A stretch of 64,000 nt of DNA from an uncultured Acidobacteriota bacterium (GTDB lineage: Bacteria; Acidobacteriota; Thermoanaerobaculia; Multivoradales; SZUA-115). The translations under genes and the position numbers were made by a program. The stretch lies in assembly GCA_963805975.1 (NCBI GenBank), contig CAWDVR010000003.1, positions 512,001 to 576,000 on the forward strand, written 5' to 3'. Below are positions 21,674-32,479 of this stretch, piece after piece; within the stretch, counting starts at the first letter, position 1, and each line of letters starts with the position of its first letter. The notes beneath the pieces are model-generated. The model was not told the origin of the DNA, ran no database searches, and saw nothing but the letters and a program-made list of their open reading frames with translations.

Positions 21674-22474
21674 CTAGAACTGCACGTTCGTGAGGAAGAA
21701 CACGACCGGATCAACCTTCTTGGCCACGATCGCCGCCGCCTGCTCCGGGGTGAGCAGGAACTGGCCGCCGCGCTCCTTGGCGGGCGTCACCATCAACAGC
21801 TCGAACGAGGCCACACGGCCGGGCAAGGCCGCCTGAGCCTTGAGCAGCACGTCCGCACCGATCTCGAGCGCGCGCAGCACCTCGGGCTCGTTCGCCGTCG
21901 GCAGCTCCACCAACGCGCGCGCTCCGGCCGTGCCCTGGTAGATGCCGGTGCCGGTGAGGCCGGCGCCGGAGAACAGGGCCTCGAGCTGGGTGACGAGCTC
22001 GCGGTCGGGGTGGAGCTGGCGATCGAAGCGCATGAGGTCCGGCCACGGGCTGCTGGCGCTGGCAGCCACGGCCTGAGGGTCGGCGGGTGCGCGCCGGGCG
22101 GTGGGCAACTGCCGGGTCGCCACCTCGCCTTGGGAGATCAGGTCCGCGAGGCGCTTCTGCCTGGGCACCTCGGTTCGCTCGCCGGCCTTCAACGGGCGGG
22201 CCTGGCCGCCCTCGATCACCAGCGCGGTGCCGTAGTCGGACTGGTTGACCTGATCGGTCTTGACGACATCGATCGCGTTCAGCGGGTACGAGGTTTCGGT
22301 GCCATTGGGCAGTGTCAGGATCGCCTGGCTGCCGCGGACGCGGTACTTCTCCTTGGTGATGATCTTGCTGCCGTCCTTCAGGTACACCGTGTAGGCGGCG
22401 AGGGGCGCCGCGAAGAGCAGGGCGCTCAGAAGGAACAGCAAGGTCGTGTGCCGGCGGCGGTTCTTGCGGGGCAT
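21674..22474 (-). CDS. Secreted/periplasmic hypothetical protein
   Basis: Signal peptide (TLLFLLSALLFAAPLAA) followed by YTVYLKDGSKI; no catalytic motif recognised. Confidence 0.7.
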   Translation of the reverse strand: MPRKNRRRHTTLLFLLSALLFAAPLAAYTVYLKDGSKIITKEKYRVRGSQAILTLPNGTETSYPLNAIDVVKTDQVNQSDYGTALVIEGGQARPLKAGERTEVPRQKRLADLISQGEVATRQLPTARRAPADPQAVAASASSPWPDLMRFDRQLHPDRELVTQLEALFSGAGLTGTGIYQGTAGARALVELPTANEPEVLRALEIGADVLLKAQAALPGRVASFELLMVTPAKERGGQFLLTPEQAAAIVAKKVDPVVFFLTNVQF

Positions 22475-22577
22475 CCGTCTCTCCTCGGTGACCGAAAGGG
22501 CTCTGCTATCATAGCTCGGCCATCACAGATAGGCCGCCCGGCAGCGAGGCCTCGAGCGGCGGCCCCATCCCCCAGAC

Positions 22578-23664
<1,087 letters not shown>

Positions 23665-23675
<11 letters not shown>

Positions 23676-24916
23676 GCGCTTCCGAACGCCCCTTCCCGTC
23701 ACGCTGGCGTGGCGCTTTCTCGCCGGCCACAAGAGCCGGCTGCTGGACGGCACGGCGCGGGCCGCGCTCCTGGCGACCGGCCTCGGGGTCACCGCCATGG
23801 TGATCGCCATGGCGCTGATGACCGGCTACAGCGAGGACCTGCAAGCCAAGCTGATCGGCGACAACGCCGCCGTCGGCGCCTATCCGCTGCGTAACGCGCC
23901 GCCGCTCGCACCGGAGAAGCTGGCGGCGCTCGCCGCCGTCCCCGGTGTGGAGAAAGTGAACCGCGTGGCCTACGGCCAGGGGCTGCTGGCGGCGGGGGAG
24001 GGCGAGGCCCTGGAGGTCACCCTGCGCGGCGTCGATCCCGGCGCCTTCCCGCAGGCGCGGCCGGAGCAGCTCGCCCTGCAGGCGGCCGGGGACGCCGGCA
24101 GCGGGTGGGGTGGAGACCAGGGTCCCCGGTGCGGTGCTGGGCGTCGAGCTGGCCAAGAAGCTCAGCGTCGGCCCCGGTGCCGTGCTGCGGCTGACGGCGC
24201 TCGGCTTCGGCGGCGGCCGGCCGCGCTTCCGCTACCAGAGCCTGGCGGTCACCGGTACCTTCTCCGCCGGCCTCTCGGAGTTCGACAGCTCCTGGGTGCT
24301 GCTCGACCGCGCCGTGGTCGAGCGCCTGGTGGGCGAGGAGCCGGGCACGCAGCTCTACGAGCTGGCCCTAGCCGACCCGGCCCTGGCGACAGCCGTCGCG
24401 TCGCAGGCCGAGGCGGTGCTGGGACCCGAGTACGTGGTCACCGACTGGCGGCAGCTCAACCGCGAGCTTTTCCAGGCGCTCGCCCTGCAGAAGCTGGTGC
24501 TGTTCTTCGGCATGGGGCTGATCGTCTTCGTCTCGGTGTTCCACGTCGCCTCGACCCTGGTGATCCTGGTGCGCGAGCGCCTGCGGGACGTCGGCGCCCT
24601 GGGGGCCATGGGGCTGGCGCCGGGCAAGCTCGCGTCGGTGTTCGTGCTCTGCGGCGCCTTCCTGGGCGGCACCGGCACCCTCCTGGGCGTCGCCCTGGGA
24701 TGCTCGGTGGCCTGGGTGCTCACCACCTTCAAGGTGATCCGCTTCAACGCCGAGGTGGCGGCCATCTACTTCATCGACTACGTGCCCTTCCGCGTCCGCC
24801 CCCGCGACCTGGGCGCCATCATCGCCTTCTCGCTCGCCCTCACTCTCCTCGCCTGCGTCCTACCCGCTCTCCGCGCCGCGCGCGTACAGCCCGCGGCGGC
24901 GTTGCGGTACGAGTGA
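23665..24916 (+). CDS. LolC/E (FtsX-like) ABC permease; apparent frameshift near 24105
   Basis: LAWRFL...GVTAMVIAMALMTG, LRGVDP in one frame; VLGVELAKKL, DWRQLN, LPALRAARVQPAAALRYE in the next. Junction lies at GGGTGGGGTGG. Confidence 0.82.
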
Positions 24917-24927
24917 GGTCTCGGGGT

Positions 24928-24968
24928 TCGGTGTCTTGGTACCAGGTGCCGCGGAACCGAAACACCGA
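24928..24968. terminator. Imperfect hairpin between convergent genes
   Basis: TCGGTGTCTTGGTACC ... GGAACCGAAACACCGA inverted repeat. Confidence 0.4.
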
Positions 24969-24989
24969 CGCTCAGCATCTCAGTGCTCG

Positions 24990-25190
24990 CTACTCTCCGA
25001 CCACCCGGCGGGGGCGAGTGCCAGAACCGGCGCCGCCAGCATCATCCACACCCAGTCTTTCCAGCAGTGCTCGGGCCCTCTCGTCGTAGAAGGCGATTCT
25101 CTCTTCCGGTGTCTTACCGGCCAGGATCGCGTGATGAAGGTCGCGGATGCGCCGCGTCATCTCCAAGGTTCGGAAGGGCTCGTTCGGCAT
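24990..25190 (-). CDS. Small protein downstream of a PIN gene (putative antitoxin)
   Basis: 66 aa, FRTLEMTRRIRD...EERIAFY; starts 3 nt after the PIN gene stop. Confidence 0.6.
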   Translation of the reverse strand: MPNEPFRTLEMTRRIRDLHHAILAGKTPEERIAFYDERARALLERLGVDDAGGAGSGTRPRRVVGE

Positions 25191-25193
25191 GGT

Positions 25194-25661
25194 TCAGTCC
25201 TTTTCGAGAGTGGTCACCTCACGGGGAGTATGGATCTCGAGTGTCTTGTAGCCGTTCTCGAGGTTGACCGCGTTGAAGCGTCTGATCTTGTCGAATCGAA
25301 CAATGTGGCGGAAGTTCCAGCTCACTACCAGATCTGCGCTCACGATCGTGGCCAAGGCGATGTGCAATCCGTCGTCATAGTAGCGCGGAGTCAGAATGCC
25401 ATGATCTTGATACCGGCTCGCAAGCTCCAGCGCCTCGTCTTCAACCCGGATCAGCTCATGGTTGAATCCGAGAATTTCGGCAAGCTTCTTCTGTACAGGC
25501 TCTGGCGCACCCTCGATCTCTGAAGCCGTCAGTCGCGAGACGATGGGAATGAAACGGCCTGCCGAGAAGTCTGCCATCAGTCCATTGGACCAATGGGCGA
25601 ACTCTGGATCGAAGCAGCCACCAATCACCGAAGTGTCGACGTAGATGCGGGGTCGTCGCAA
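25194..25661 (-). CDS. PIN-domain protein
   Basis: RIYVDTSVIGGCFDPEF, DDGLHIALAT, VVSWNFRHIV, IHTPREV. Confidence 0.88.
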   Translation of the reverse strand: MRRPRIYVDTSVIGGCFDPEFAHWSNGLMADFSAGRFIPIVSRLTASEIEGAPEPVQKKLAEILGFNHELIRVEDEALELASRYQDHGILTPRYYDDGLHIALATIVSADLVVSWNFRHIVRFDKIRRFNAVNLENGYKTLEIHTPREVTTLEKD

Positions 25662-25761
25662 GTCTCGAGGTCCAATAGGCGAGTTCAGACGGTTTGGTTC
25701 GAGCGAGCATACGCCTGCTGGCTCTACCTCTCACGCTCGAAGGTCGAGGTTCCCCAGCTCT

Positions 25762-26373
25762 TCACCTCACCGCCTCCCTCGCGTAGTCCGCCAGCGCGGC
25801 CTCGATCACGCGGTAGGCGTGTTCGCGGCCGTAGCGGCTTTCGATGGCGACCTGGTTCTCGCCGCCGGGGCGCAGCTTGTAGGTCGAGAAGTAGTGCATC
25901 AGGCGGTCGAGGAGGGGCTTGGGCAGACCGTCGAGCTCTTCGAGCCCGGCCCATACCGGGTCGTTGTCGAGCACCGCGATGATCTTGTCGTCCGCCTCGC
26001 CCTGGTCGACCATCAGCAGGCCGCCGATCACCCGCGCCGAGAGCACGATCTCCGCCCGCGTGATGGGCCGCTCGGAGAGTACGCAGATGTCGAGCGGGTC
26101 GCCATCGCCGCGCTCGGCGGTGGGCGAGAGAGCGGCGACGCTTTCGCCGCAGTAGGTTCTGGGGATGAAGCCGTAGAGGGTGGGTGGCAGCGACGAGGTC
26201 TGCTGCGGCCGGTCGACCTTCAAGTACCCGGTGACCTTGTCGACCTCGTACTTGATGAGGTCGAAGGGCGTGATCTCGACATAGGCGCGCACGATGCGCG
26301 GCGCCTCCACGCCGGGATCGAGCCCGTGCCACGGGTGCGGCCGGAAGGTGTGGAACGGGCGGGGGAAGGTCAC
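25762..26373 (-). CDS. ppa: Inorganic pyrophosphatase (family I)
   Basis: [44 protein letters not shown]. Confidence 0.93.
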   Translation of the reverse strand: MTFPRPFHTFRPHPWHGLDPGVEAPRIVRAYVEITPFDLIKYEVDKVTGYLKVDRPQQTSSLPPTLYGFIPRTYCGESVAALSPTAERGDGDPLDICVLSERPITRAEIVLSARVIGGLLMVDQGEADDKIIAVLDNDPVWAGLEELDGLPKPLLDRLMHYFSTYKLRPGGENQVAIESRYGREHAYRVIEAALADYAREAVR

Positions 26374-27986
26374 GAGATCCTCCCCGCTCTCCGGAGCCGC
26401 AGAAGATGCGCCTCGATCTGCCGCTCGGCCAGGGGATGGGCCATGGATGGCAGGTCTTCTTCGTAGACCAGCGGGCGAAGCGCGGCGGCGGTGCGGGTGC
26501 CGCGGTTCCATTCCGCGAGGATGCGTTCCTCGCGCCACAGGCGGTGGTCGAGGAACTCCTGGAGCTTGGCCACGGCGTCCATCACCGGCGGGCCGTGCGA
26601 CGGGAAGAGCGTGCGGGGCGCGAGCGCGATGAGCTTGGCGAGCGAGGCGAGGTAGTCGTCCATGTCGCCCTCGGGCGGGTCGACGACGATGGTCGAGAGC
26701 GTCGAGACCATGTCGCCGGCGAGGAGCGATCCGCCGTCGACGTCGAGGAACGAGAGGTGGCCGCGGGCGTGGCCCGGGGTGTGGACGACCCGCAGCGGGA
26801 ACGGCGGGTCTCCTCCCAGCACCACGACCTGCCCGTCTTCGAGGAAGCGATCGACCGGCACCGCACCCGCCAGCCGCTCGGCGGTGGCGCCGTGGGCGCA
26901 GACCGGCACCCGCAGCCGCTCGCGCAGCGCGGCGGCGCCGCCCACGTGGTCCGGGTGGTGGTGGGTGAGCCAGATCGCGCTCACTCGCCCGCCGCTCTCC
27001 TCGAGCGCGCGCGCCACGGCCTCCAGGCGGTCGATCACCGCCGGCTGGGCGGAGCCGGGGTCCACGAGCACCCTCTCCGCCCGGCCGAGCAGGTAGGCGT
27101 TGGTGTAGAGGGCCGGGGGCAGGGTCGCGGTCGCGACCGGCAGCATCAGCACGCCGGGCCGGAACTCCACCCTGCGATAGGGGCCGAGGTTCGCCTCCAC
27201 CGGCTCGCGCAGGCGGGCGAGGCCGGCCTCGGGCCCGTCGCTTCCGAGCACGCGCAGGATGTGGAGGATGGGTGGCGCGGCCAGCACCTCGCCCCGCTCC
27301 CAGCGCTCCACGCCCTCGGCCGGCGCCACCCACTCGCCGCTCTCGGCCTCCCCGGGCACCACCAGCGGCTGCACCGGGAGCTCCGCCGGCCACTCGAGCA
27401 GGAAAAAGCGGTTGTCGAAGCGCAGCGGCCCCAGGGGCGGCGTCAGCCAGCGGCCGGCGAAGACCAGGCGGCCGGCATCCAGGGTGAGGCCGTGCTCCGC
27501 CGCCAGCTCGGCGAGCGGCCGGCGGCCCTCGACGAGCCCTCGGCGCGCCGCTCCCAGGCGGGCCTCCACGTCCGCCGCGTCGCCATGGCCCGCGAAGAGC
27601 TCCGGCAGCGGCAGGATGCCCGTCTCTTCGAGCAGCTCGCGGAGCGCGCAGGCCACGATGCCGGGCGCGAGATGCGGTGGCGTCTCACCGAGGCCCTCGG
27701 CCAGGGTCTCCGGCATGGCGGCGGCGGTCACCGCTGCATCGGCTCCCTGCGGCCGGCCGGCGACCGCCGTCTGGGCGTCCTCGCGGGCCAGCCCGCCGCC
27801 GGGGAAGGCGTGCCAGCCGCCCATGAAGGCGAGGGCCGGCGAGCGGCGGATCCAGAAGGCCTCGAGGCCGCGCTCGCCGTGACGCCAGAGGACCACCGCG
27901 GCCGAGGCCCGAGGCGGCTTGGGCGGGGGCAGGGAAGCGCCACCCATGGCGGCGAGCACTTTCTCGTACAGGCTTGGACTGGACAA
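26370..27986 (-). CDS. Nudix + metallo-beta-lactamase-fold hydrolase fusion (LACTB2-like C-terminus)
   Basis: AFPGG...[15 protein letters not shown]...RFDNRFF (Nudix); [25 protein letters not shown] (MBL). Confidence 0.87.
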   Translation of the reverse strand: MSSPSLYEKVLAAMGGASLPPPKPPRASAAVVLWRHGERGLEAFWIRRSPALAFMGGWHAFPGGGLAREDAQTAVAGRPQGADAAVTAAAMPETLAEGLGETPPHLAPGIVACALRELLEETGILPLPELFAGHGDAADVEARLGAARRGLVEGRRPLAELAAEHGLTLDAGRLVFAGRWLTPPLGPLRFDNRFFLLEWPAELPVQPLVVPGEAESGEWVAPAEGVERWERGEVLAAPPILHILRVLGSDGPEAGLARLREPVEANLGPYRRVEFRPGVLMLPVATATLPPALYTNAYLLGRAERVLVDPGSAQPAVIDRLEAVARALEESGGRVSAIWLTHHHPDHVGGAAALRERLRVPVCAHGATAERLAGAVPVDRFLEDGQVVVLGGDPPFPLRVVHTPGHARGHLSFLDVDGGSLLAGDMVSTLSTIVVDPPEGDMDDYLASLAKLIALAPRTLFPSHGPPVMDAVAKLQEFLDHRLWREERILAEWNRGTRTAAALRPLVYEEDLPSMAHPLAERQIEAHLLRLRRAGRIS

Positions 27987-28239
27987 CGGCCGCGACCTCC
28001 GCCCCGGATGATACCCGGCCGCCGGGAACCGCAGGCAGCGCGATCCAGCCGGATCCGCAAGAGGGGGCCTCCGACCCCGAGGGGCCGGAGGGCGGTGAAG
28101 GGTTTGGAGCGGGGCGGTGGAACCGCCGTTGAGGCCACCTGCCCGGCCGCGGACGCGACCGACGGGGTCTCGGGAGGACGTGAGAGCCGCAGCGCGGCCT
28201 CACGATCATAGTTACATACGCATGGGTGCCGCGAGCCGT

Positions 28240-29676
28240 CTACAACGTGACGCGGCGGTGACGAAATCTCGTCTCGAGGAGGCCGGCGGTCGAGCGCAGC
28301 ATCTCGACGGCGAGGGCCAGGAACGCACCGGGCAGGAACAGGGCCGAGAGGAAGGTGTAGCGGTCCAGGGGAACCTCGACCAGCATCACCAGGGCCTGAG
28401 AGGCGAGGAAGAAGGCGACCGCCACCACCAGGAGCTGCGCGGCGGGAGAGACACGCCGCGAGGGCGCTGAGCTCCCGGAGCGCTCTTCGGGCCCTCGACC
28501 GAACCAGATCGACCCCAGCCGGCCGAGGCCCCAGAGAAAAAAGCTCACCAGCAGGGCGATGGCCGATCCGCGCACGAGCCTGTCTCTCGCCAGCAGGTCG
28601 TAGGTGTAGCGCCCGCCGTCCGCCAACCAGCGCCGGTAGAGATCCGGCCGGGTGCGGATCATCGCCACCGAGAAGCGGGTGTAGAAGCGGTTGGCCTTCA
28701 CCCAGGGCGTCGGGACTCCCGGCGGCGCAACGCTCCTGGCGTCGCGCAACGCGCGGGGGGCCACGATGTGGGCGTTGGTGTTGTACTCCGAGCACCAGCG
28801 CGCATGACTGTAGCCCTGCTCGAGGGGCGGCAGGTTCTTGCGATGCCGCCACTTGAGCAGCATCCTGGCGAACGGGCGGTACTCCGCCGGCAGACCCGGG
28901 ATCGCCTGCGGGGTGACCATCGACGCGGTGATGCCGATCAGGTTGGCGCCGCCGAAGGAGACCAGGCCGAAGTGGCCCACCACCGCCCAGCGCAGGCCGC
29001 ACCAGAGGAGGAACGGGACGAGCGAGAGCAGGCAGAGCCCGGTGAACGGCCGGCGCAGAGCGGCGCGCCAGGCGACCCCGCGGTCGCGCAGCAGGGTGAG
29101 CGCCAAGCCCAGAAGCGGCACCAGCACGATCAGGAAGAGGCAGGCAGGCCGCACCTGGTAGGTGTAGAAGAGGGCGAGGCCGAGCCCCGCCCAGGCAGTT
29201 TTCGAGGCCGGCCGCGCCACCACTACGAGCAGCAGCGCCAGGGTCGCCACGGCAGCCCCGGCGGCGAGCATGTCGCTCATGATCCTCGTCGCCTGCATCG
29301 GGATCATGCGGGCGAAGAGCAGCGGCACCGCCGCCGCCAGGGCCGTGAGGCGCGAGCCGGAGAAGGCCTGGACCGCGGCGCCGAAGCCCGCCGCCGCCGC
29401 GAGGAAGGCGCCGAGCTGTGCGTGGGCGACGAGCGCGTGATCGCCGGTGAGCCGCCGCACCACCTCCAGGAAGAGGGGATAGCCGGGGGTCCTCTTGAGC
29501 TCGAGGATCGTGGACAGCGCGTGACGCTCGAACTTCCAGCGGTAGCCTTGGGTGTCCGGCGCCACCACGGACTCGAAACCCGGCGCGCCGACCCGCGCTA
29601 CGAAGATGGCGATCGCCATCACCGCAATCCAGAACCAAGCGGACCGCCAGACGCGCCAGGAGTGCGGCGGGGTCAT
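28240..29676 (-). CDS. Multi-pass GT-C-like membrane protein, paralog 4 of 4
   Basis: DTQGY...RTPGYPLFL, YQVRPACLFL, GHFGLVSFGGANLIGITASM, LVEVPLDRY; ATGA overlap. Confidence 0.7.
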   Translation of the reverse strand: MTPPHSWRVWRSAWFWIAVMAIAIFVARVGAPGFESVVAPDTQGYRWKFERHALSTILELKRTPGYPLFLEVVRRLTGDHALVAHAQLGAFLAAAAGFGAAVQAFSGSRLTALAAAVPLLFARMIPMQATRIMSDMLAAGAAVATLALLLVVVARPASKTAWAGLGLALFYTYQVRPACLFLIVLVPLLGLALTLLRDRGVAWRAALRRPFTGLCLLSLVPFLLWCGLRWAVVGHFGLVSFGGANLIGITASMVTPQAIPGLPAEYRPFARMLLKWRHRKNLPPLEQGYSHARWCSEYNTNAHIVAPRALRDARSVAPPGVPTPWVKANRFYTRFSVAMIRTRPDLYRRWLADGGRYTYDLLARDRLVRGSAIALLVSFFLWGLGRLGSIWFGRGPEERSGSSAPSRRVSPAAQLLVVAVAFFLASQALVMLVEVPLDRYTFLSALFLPGAFLALAVEMLRSTAGLLETRFRHRRVTL

Positions 29677-31091
29677 GGCCGACCCAGGAAGGTCGAGCGC
29701 CAGAGATCGACCAGGAGCGCGAGGGCGGCGCTCGGCAGGAACACCTCGGCCGACATGCGGTAGCGGGCGAATGGGTCCTCGACCAGCACGATCAGAATCA
29801 TCGAGGTGACGGCGAAAGCCACCGCCAGCACCGCGAGGCCGACGCTGCCGGGGACGGCCGGTCGATCGCCCTCCGCCGCGGGCATCGGGGCCGCGCTCGC
29901 CGGGGCCCTGCCCCGCCGCCAGCGCCGGATTCCGAGGGCGAGCAGCCAGAGCGGCAGGCTGGCGAGCACGAAAGTCCAGGTCTGCCAGATGGAGGGCACC
30001 ACCCAGATGCCGCGCAGGGAGTAGACCATGCTGTCCCACACCCAGCGCCGGTAGAGCTCGGGCCGCAGGCGGATGAGCTGCCAGGAGAGCGCCGAGAAGC
30101 GCCGGTTGATCTCGACGTGGAAGGCCGGCGACTCGAGGTCGCGGTTGTACCTCTTGCGGGCCATCTTGAGGCCGGCCTTGAACACGTTGTCGTTGTAGTC
30201 CTTCCACCAGCGCTTCCAGCGGTACTCGCCGTCGCTCGGCAGGCGCAGCTCGCGGCGGCGCTCGAGCATGGCGCCGGCCAAGTCGCGGTGCTCCTCGGGC
30301 AGCTCGGCGACCACCTCGTCCGAGAGCATGGAGGCGGTGATGCCGATGGCGTTGGTGCCGCCGAAGGAGACCAGGCCGAAGTGCCCGGTCGCCACCCAGC
30401 GCAGGCTGCACCACAGGAGAAAGGGCAGGGCTGCCACCAGGCAGAGGCCGGCGAAGGGCGACACCAGCGCGCGCTTCCAGCTCCCGAGGCCCTGGCGCAG
30501 CACCGAGAGCAGCCAGCCGAGGAGCGGCACCAGCGCGAGCAGGAAGAGGTGCGCCGGCCGCACCATGTAGGTGGCGAAGAGCAGCACGCCGACCCCCGTC
30601 CACGTCCAGCGGCTGCGGGGCCGGGTCACCAGCACGAGGAGCGCCGCGAAGGTGCCGATGGCCAGCGCACCGGCCAGCACCTCGGTCAAGAGCGCGCTCG
30701 AGAACTCCGCCAGCAGGCGGGTGTAGAGGAGCGGCGTCGCCGCCACCACCGCCTTCCAGGCCGAGCCCAGGTAGCGCGTGGCGGCGAAGCCGAAGCCGAG
30801 CACCGCCAGGAGATAGACCAGCGTCTGCATCTCGGCGGCGCGGTGGAGCTCGCCGGCCACCGCCTGGACCGCGCCCAGGAAGAAGGGGTAGCCGGGGGTG
30901 CGGATGTGCGAGAGCTGATCCTCGAAGCTCGCCGCCTTGAGCAGGCTGACATAGGTGCGCGTGTCGACGTAGTTCCTCGCCTTGAAGGACGGCGACAGCG
31001 CCAGCCAGGTGAAGAGCACGGCGGCCTGAAGCACCAGCCAGAGCATGGGCCCGGTCAGGACGCGGACCACGGGGCGGGGCAGGCGGCTCAT
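29673..31091 (-). CDS. Multi-pass GT-C-like membrane protein, paralog 3 of 4
   Basis: DTRTY...RTPGYPFFL, YMVRPAHLFL, GHFGLVSFGGTNAIGITASM, LVEDPFARY; ATGA overlap. Confidence 0.7.
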   Translation of the reverse strand: MSRLPRPVVRVLTGPMLWLVLQAAVLFTWLALSPSFKARNYVDTRTYVSLLKAASFEDQLSHIRTPGYPFFLGAVQAVAGELHRAAEMQTLVYLLAVLGFGFAATRYLGSAWKAVVAATPLLYTRLLAEFSSALLTEVLAGALAIGTFAALLVLVTRPRSRWTWTGVGVLLFATYMVRPAHLFLLALVPLLGWLLSVLRQGLGSWKRALVSPFAGLCLVAALPFLLWCSLRWVATGHFGLVSFGGTNAIGITASMLSDEVVAELPEEHRDLAGAMLERRRELRLPSDGEYRWKRWWKDYNDNVFKAGLKMARKRYNRDLESPAFHVEINRRFSALSWQLIRLRPELYRRWVWDSMVYSLRGIWVVPSIWQTWTFVLASLPLWLLALGIRRWRRGRAPASAAPMPAAEGDRPAVPGSVGLAVLAVAFAVTSMILIVLVEDPFARYRMSAEVFLPSAALALLVDLWRSTFLGRP

Positions 31092-32479
31092 GCCGGGGCC
31101 TCCGCCGGCCGCGGCCAGAGAGCCAACGCCAGCGCCAGGAAGCCGGAGGGCAGCAGCAGCTCGGCGGCAAACACGTAGCGGTCGATCGGCGGCTCGACCA
31201 GCACCACCAGGAAGATCGAGGCCGCCGCGTAGGCCACCGCCGCGAGGGCGAGCCCGAGGGCGACCCCCAGACCGACGTGGTGTCTGCCCGCGGAGGACAC
31301 AGGGGAGAGCGCGCGGTCTCGCCGCCGGGCGAGCGCGGCGAGGGCCCAGCTCCCGGCTGCGGCGAGCGCCGCCAGGCGAACCGCCGTGCCCTCGGCCATG
31401 CGGGCGAACGCGGAGACCAGCGCGTCCCGGAGCCAGCGGGCGTAGAGCGTCGGGTACTGCCGGATCAGGGCGAAGGCCAGCTCCGTCGAGCGGCGGTTGA
31501 TCTCCACCCAGAGCTGCCGGCGGTTGAGCTTGGAGAGGGCCGGCATGCGCGCGGCCGCCTTGATCGCCATGCCGGAGATGTTGCGATTGTAACGCTCCAC
31601 CCACTGCTCGTAGTCGTACACCAGCCGCACCTCCATCTCCTTGAGCAGCCGGCGCTGGAGGATGGCGCCGGCGAGAGGGCGGGTCGCCTCCGGGAGCTTC
31701 GGCACCACCTTGGGCGTCAGCATGGAGCTCGCGATGCCGATCAGGTTCATGCCCCCGAAGGACACCAGCCCGAAGTGGCCCGTCGCCGCCCAGCGGAGCG
31801 TCGAGAAGAGAAGGAAAGGTGCCAGGGTCAGCACGGCGAGCCCTGCCGCCGGACGGCGTAGCACGCTCCGCCAGCCCCGCCGTTGGTCGGCGAGCCAGGT
31901 GAGGAGGAAGCCCACGGCCGGCACCAGCGGCACCAGGAAGAGGTAGGCCGGCCGTACCTGATAGGTGAAGAAGGTGGCGAGGCCCACACCCAGCCAGAGC
32001 GCGGCGCTCCGGGGGCGCACCACGAGCCACAGCAGCAGGGCCAGGGTGGCGAGGGCCAGGGCCGCCGCCGGCACGTCCGCCAGGAGGTCCGGAGCGTGAT
32101 CGTAGACCAGGCGGGCGTAGAAGAGTGGCGAGGCCGCGATCGCCCCGCGCACGGCCGAGCCCAGGTAGGCGCCGGCCGCCAGCCCGAAGCCCACCACCGC
32201 TCCCAGGTAGAGGGCGAGGTGGAAGTAGGGAATCGATTCGAGGCCGCCGGGCAGGCGGCGCGCCACCTCGAGCAGTACCGGGTAGCCCAGGGTCCGCCGC
32301 GAGGCGAGGAGTGCGGTCGCCGTGCCGCGGGAGGTCAGGAGCGTCGTGTACTCGAAGGAGTCGGGGCTGTAGCGCCGGGTCTCGGGTCTCCACAGCGTCG
32401 CGGCGAGCAGGAACAGAACGACCGCCTGGCCGAGCAGCCAGAAGGCGGGCGAGCGCCAGACCGAGAGCAGGCCCTTCAT
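31088..32479 (-). CDS. Multi-pass GT-C-like membrane protein, paralog 2 of 4
   Basis: DSFEY...RTLGYPVLL, YQVRPAYLFL, GHFGLVSFGGMNLIGIASSM, LVEPPIDRY; ATGA overlap. Confidence 0.7.
   Translation of the reverse strand: MKGLLSVWRSPAFWLLGQAVVLFLLAATLWRPETRRYSPDSFEYTTLLTSRGTATALLASRRTLGYPVLLEVARRLPGGLESIPYFHLALYLGAVVGFGLAAGAYLGSAVRGAIAASPLFYARLVYDHAPDLLADVPAAALALATLALLLWLVVRPRSAALWLGVGLATFFTYQVRPAYLFLVPLVPAVGFLLTWLADQRRGWRSVLRRPAAGLAVLTLAPFLLFSTLRWAATGHFGLVSFGGMNLIGIASSMLTPKVVPKLPEATRPLAGAILQRRLLKEMEVRLVYDYEQWVERYNRNISGMAIKAAARMPALSKLNRRQLWVEINRRSTELAFALIRQYPTLYARWLRDALVSAFARMAEGTAVRLAALAAAGSWALAALARRRDRALSPVSSAGRHHVGLGVALGLALAAVAYAAASIFLVVLVEPPIDRYVFAAELLLPSGFLALALALWPRPAEAPA

Noticed and set aside
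25695-25745. GGTTCGAG as a tRNA T-arm
   Set aside because: No cloverleaf or acceptor stem can be built; it is a simple hairpin upstream of the PIN gene.
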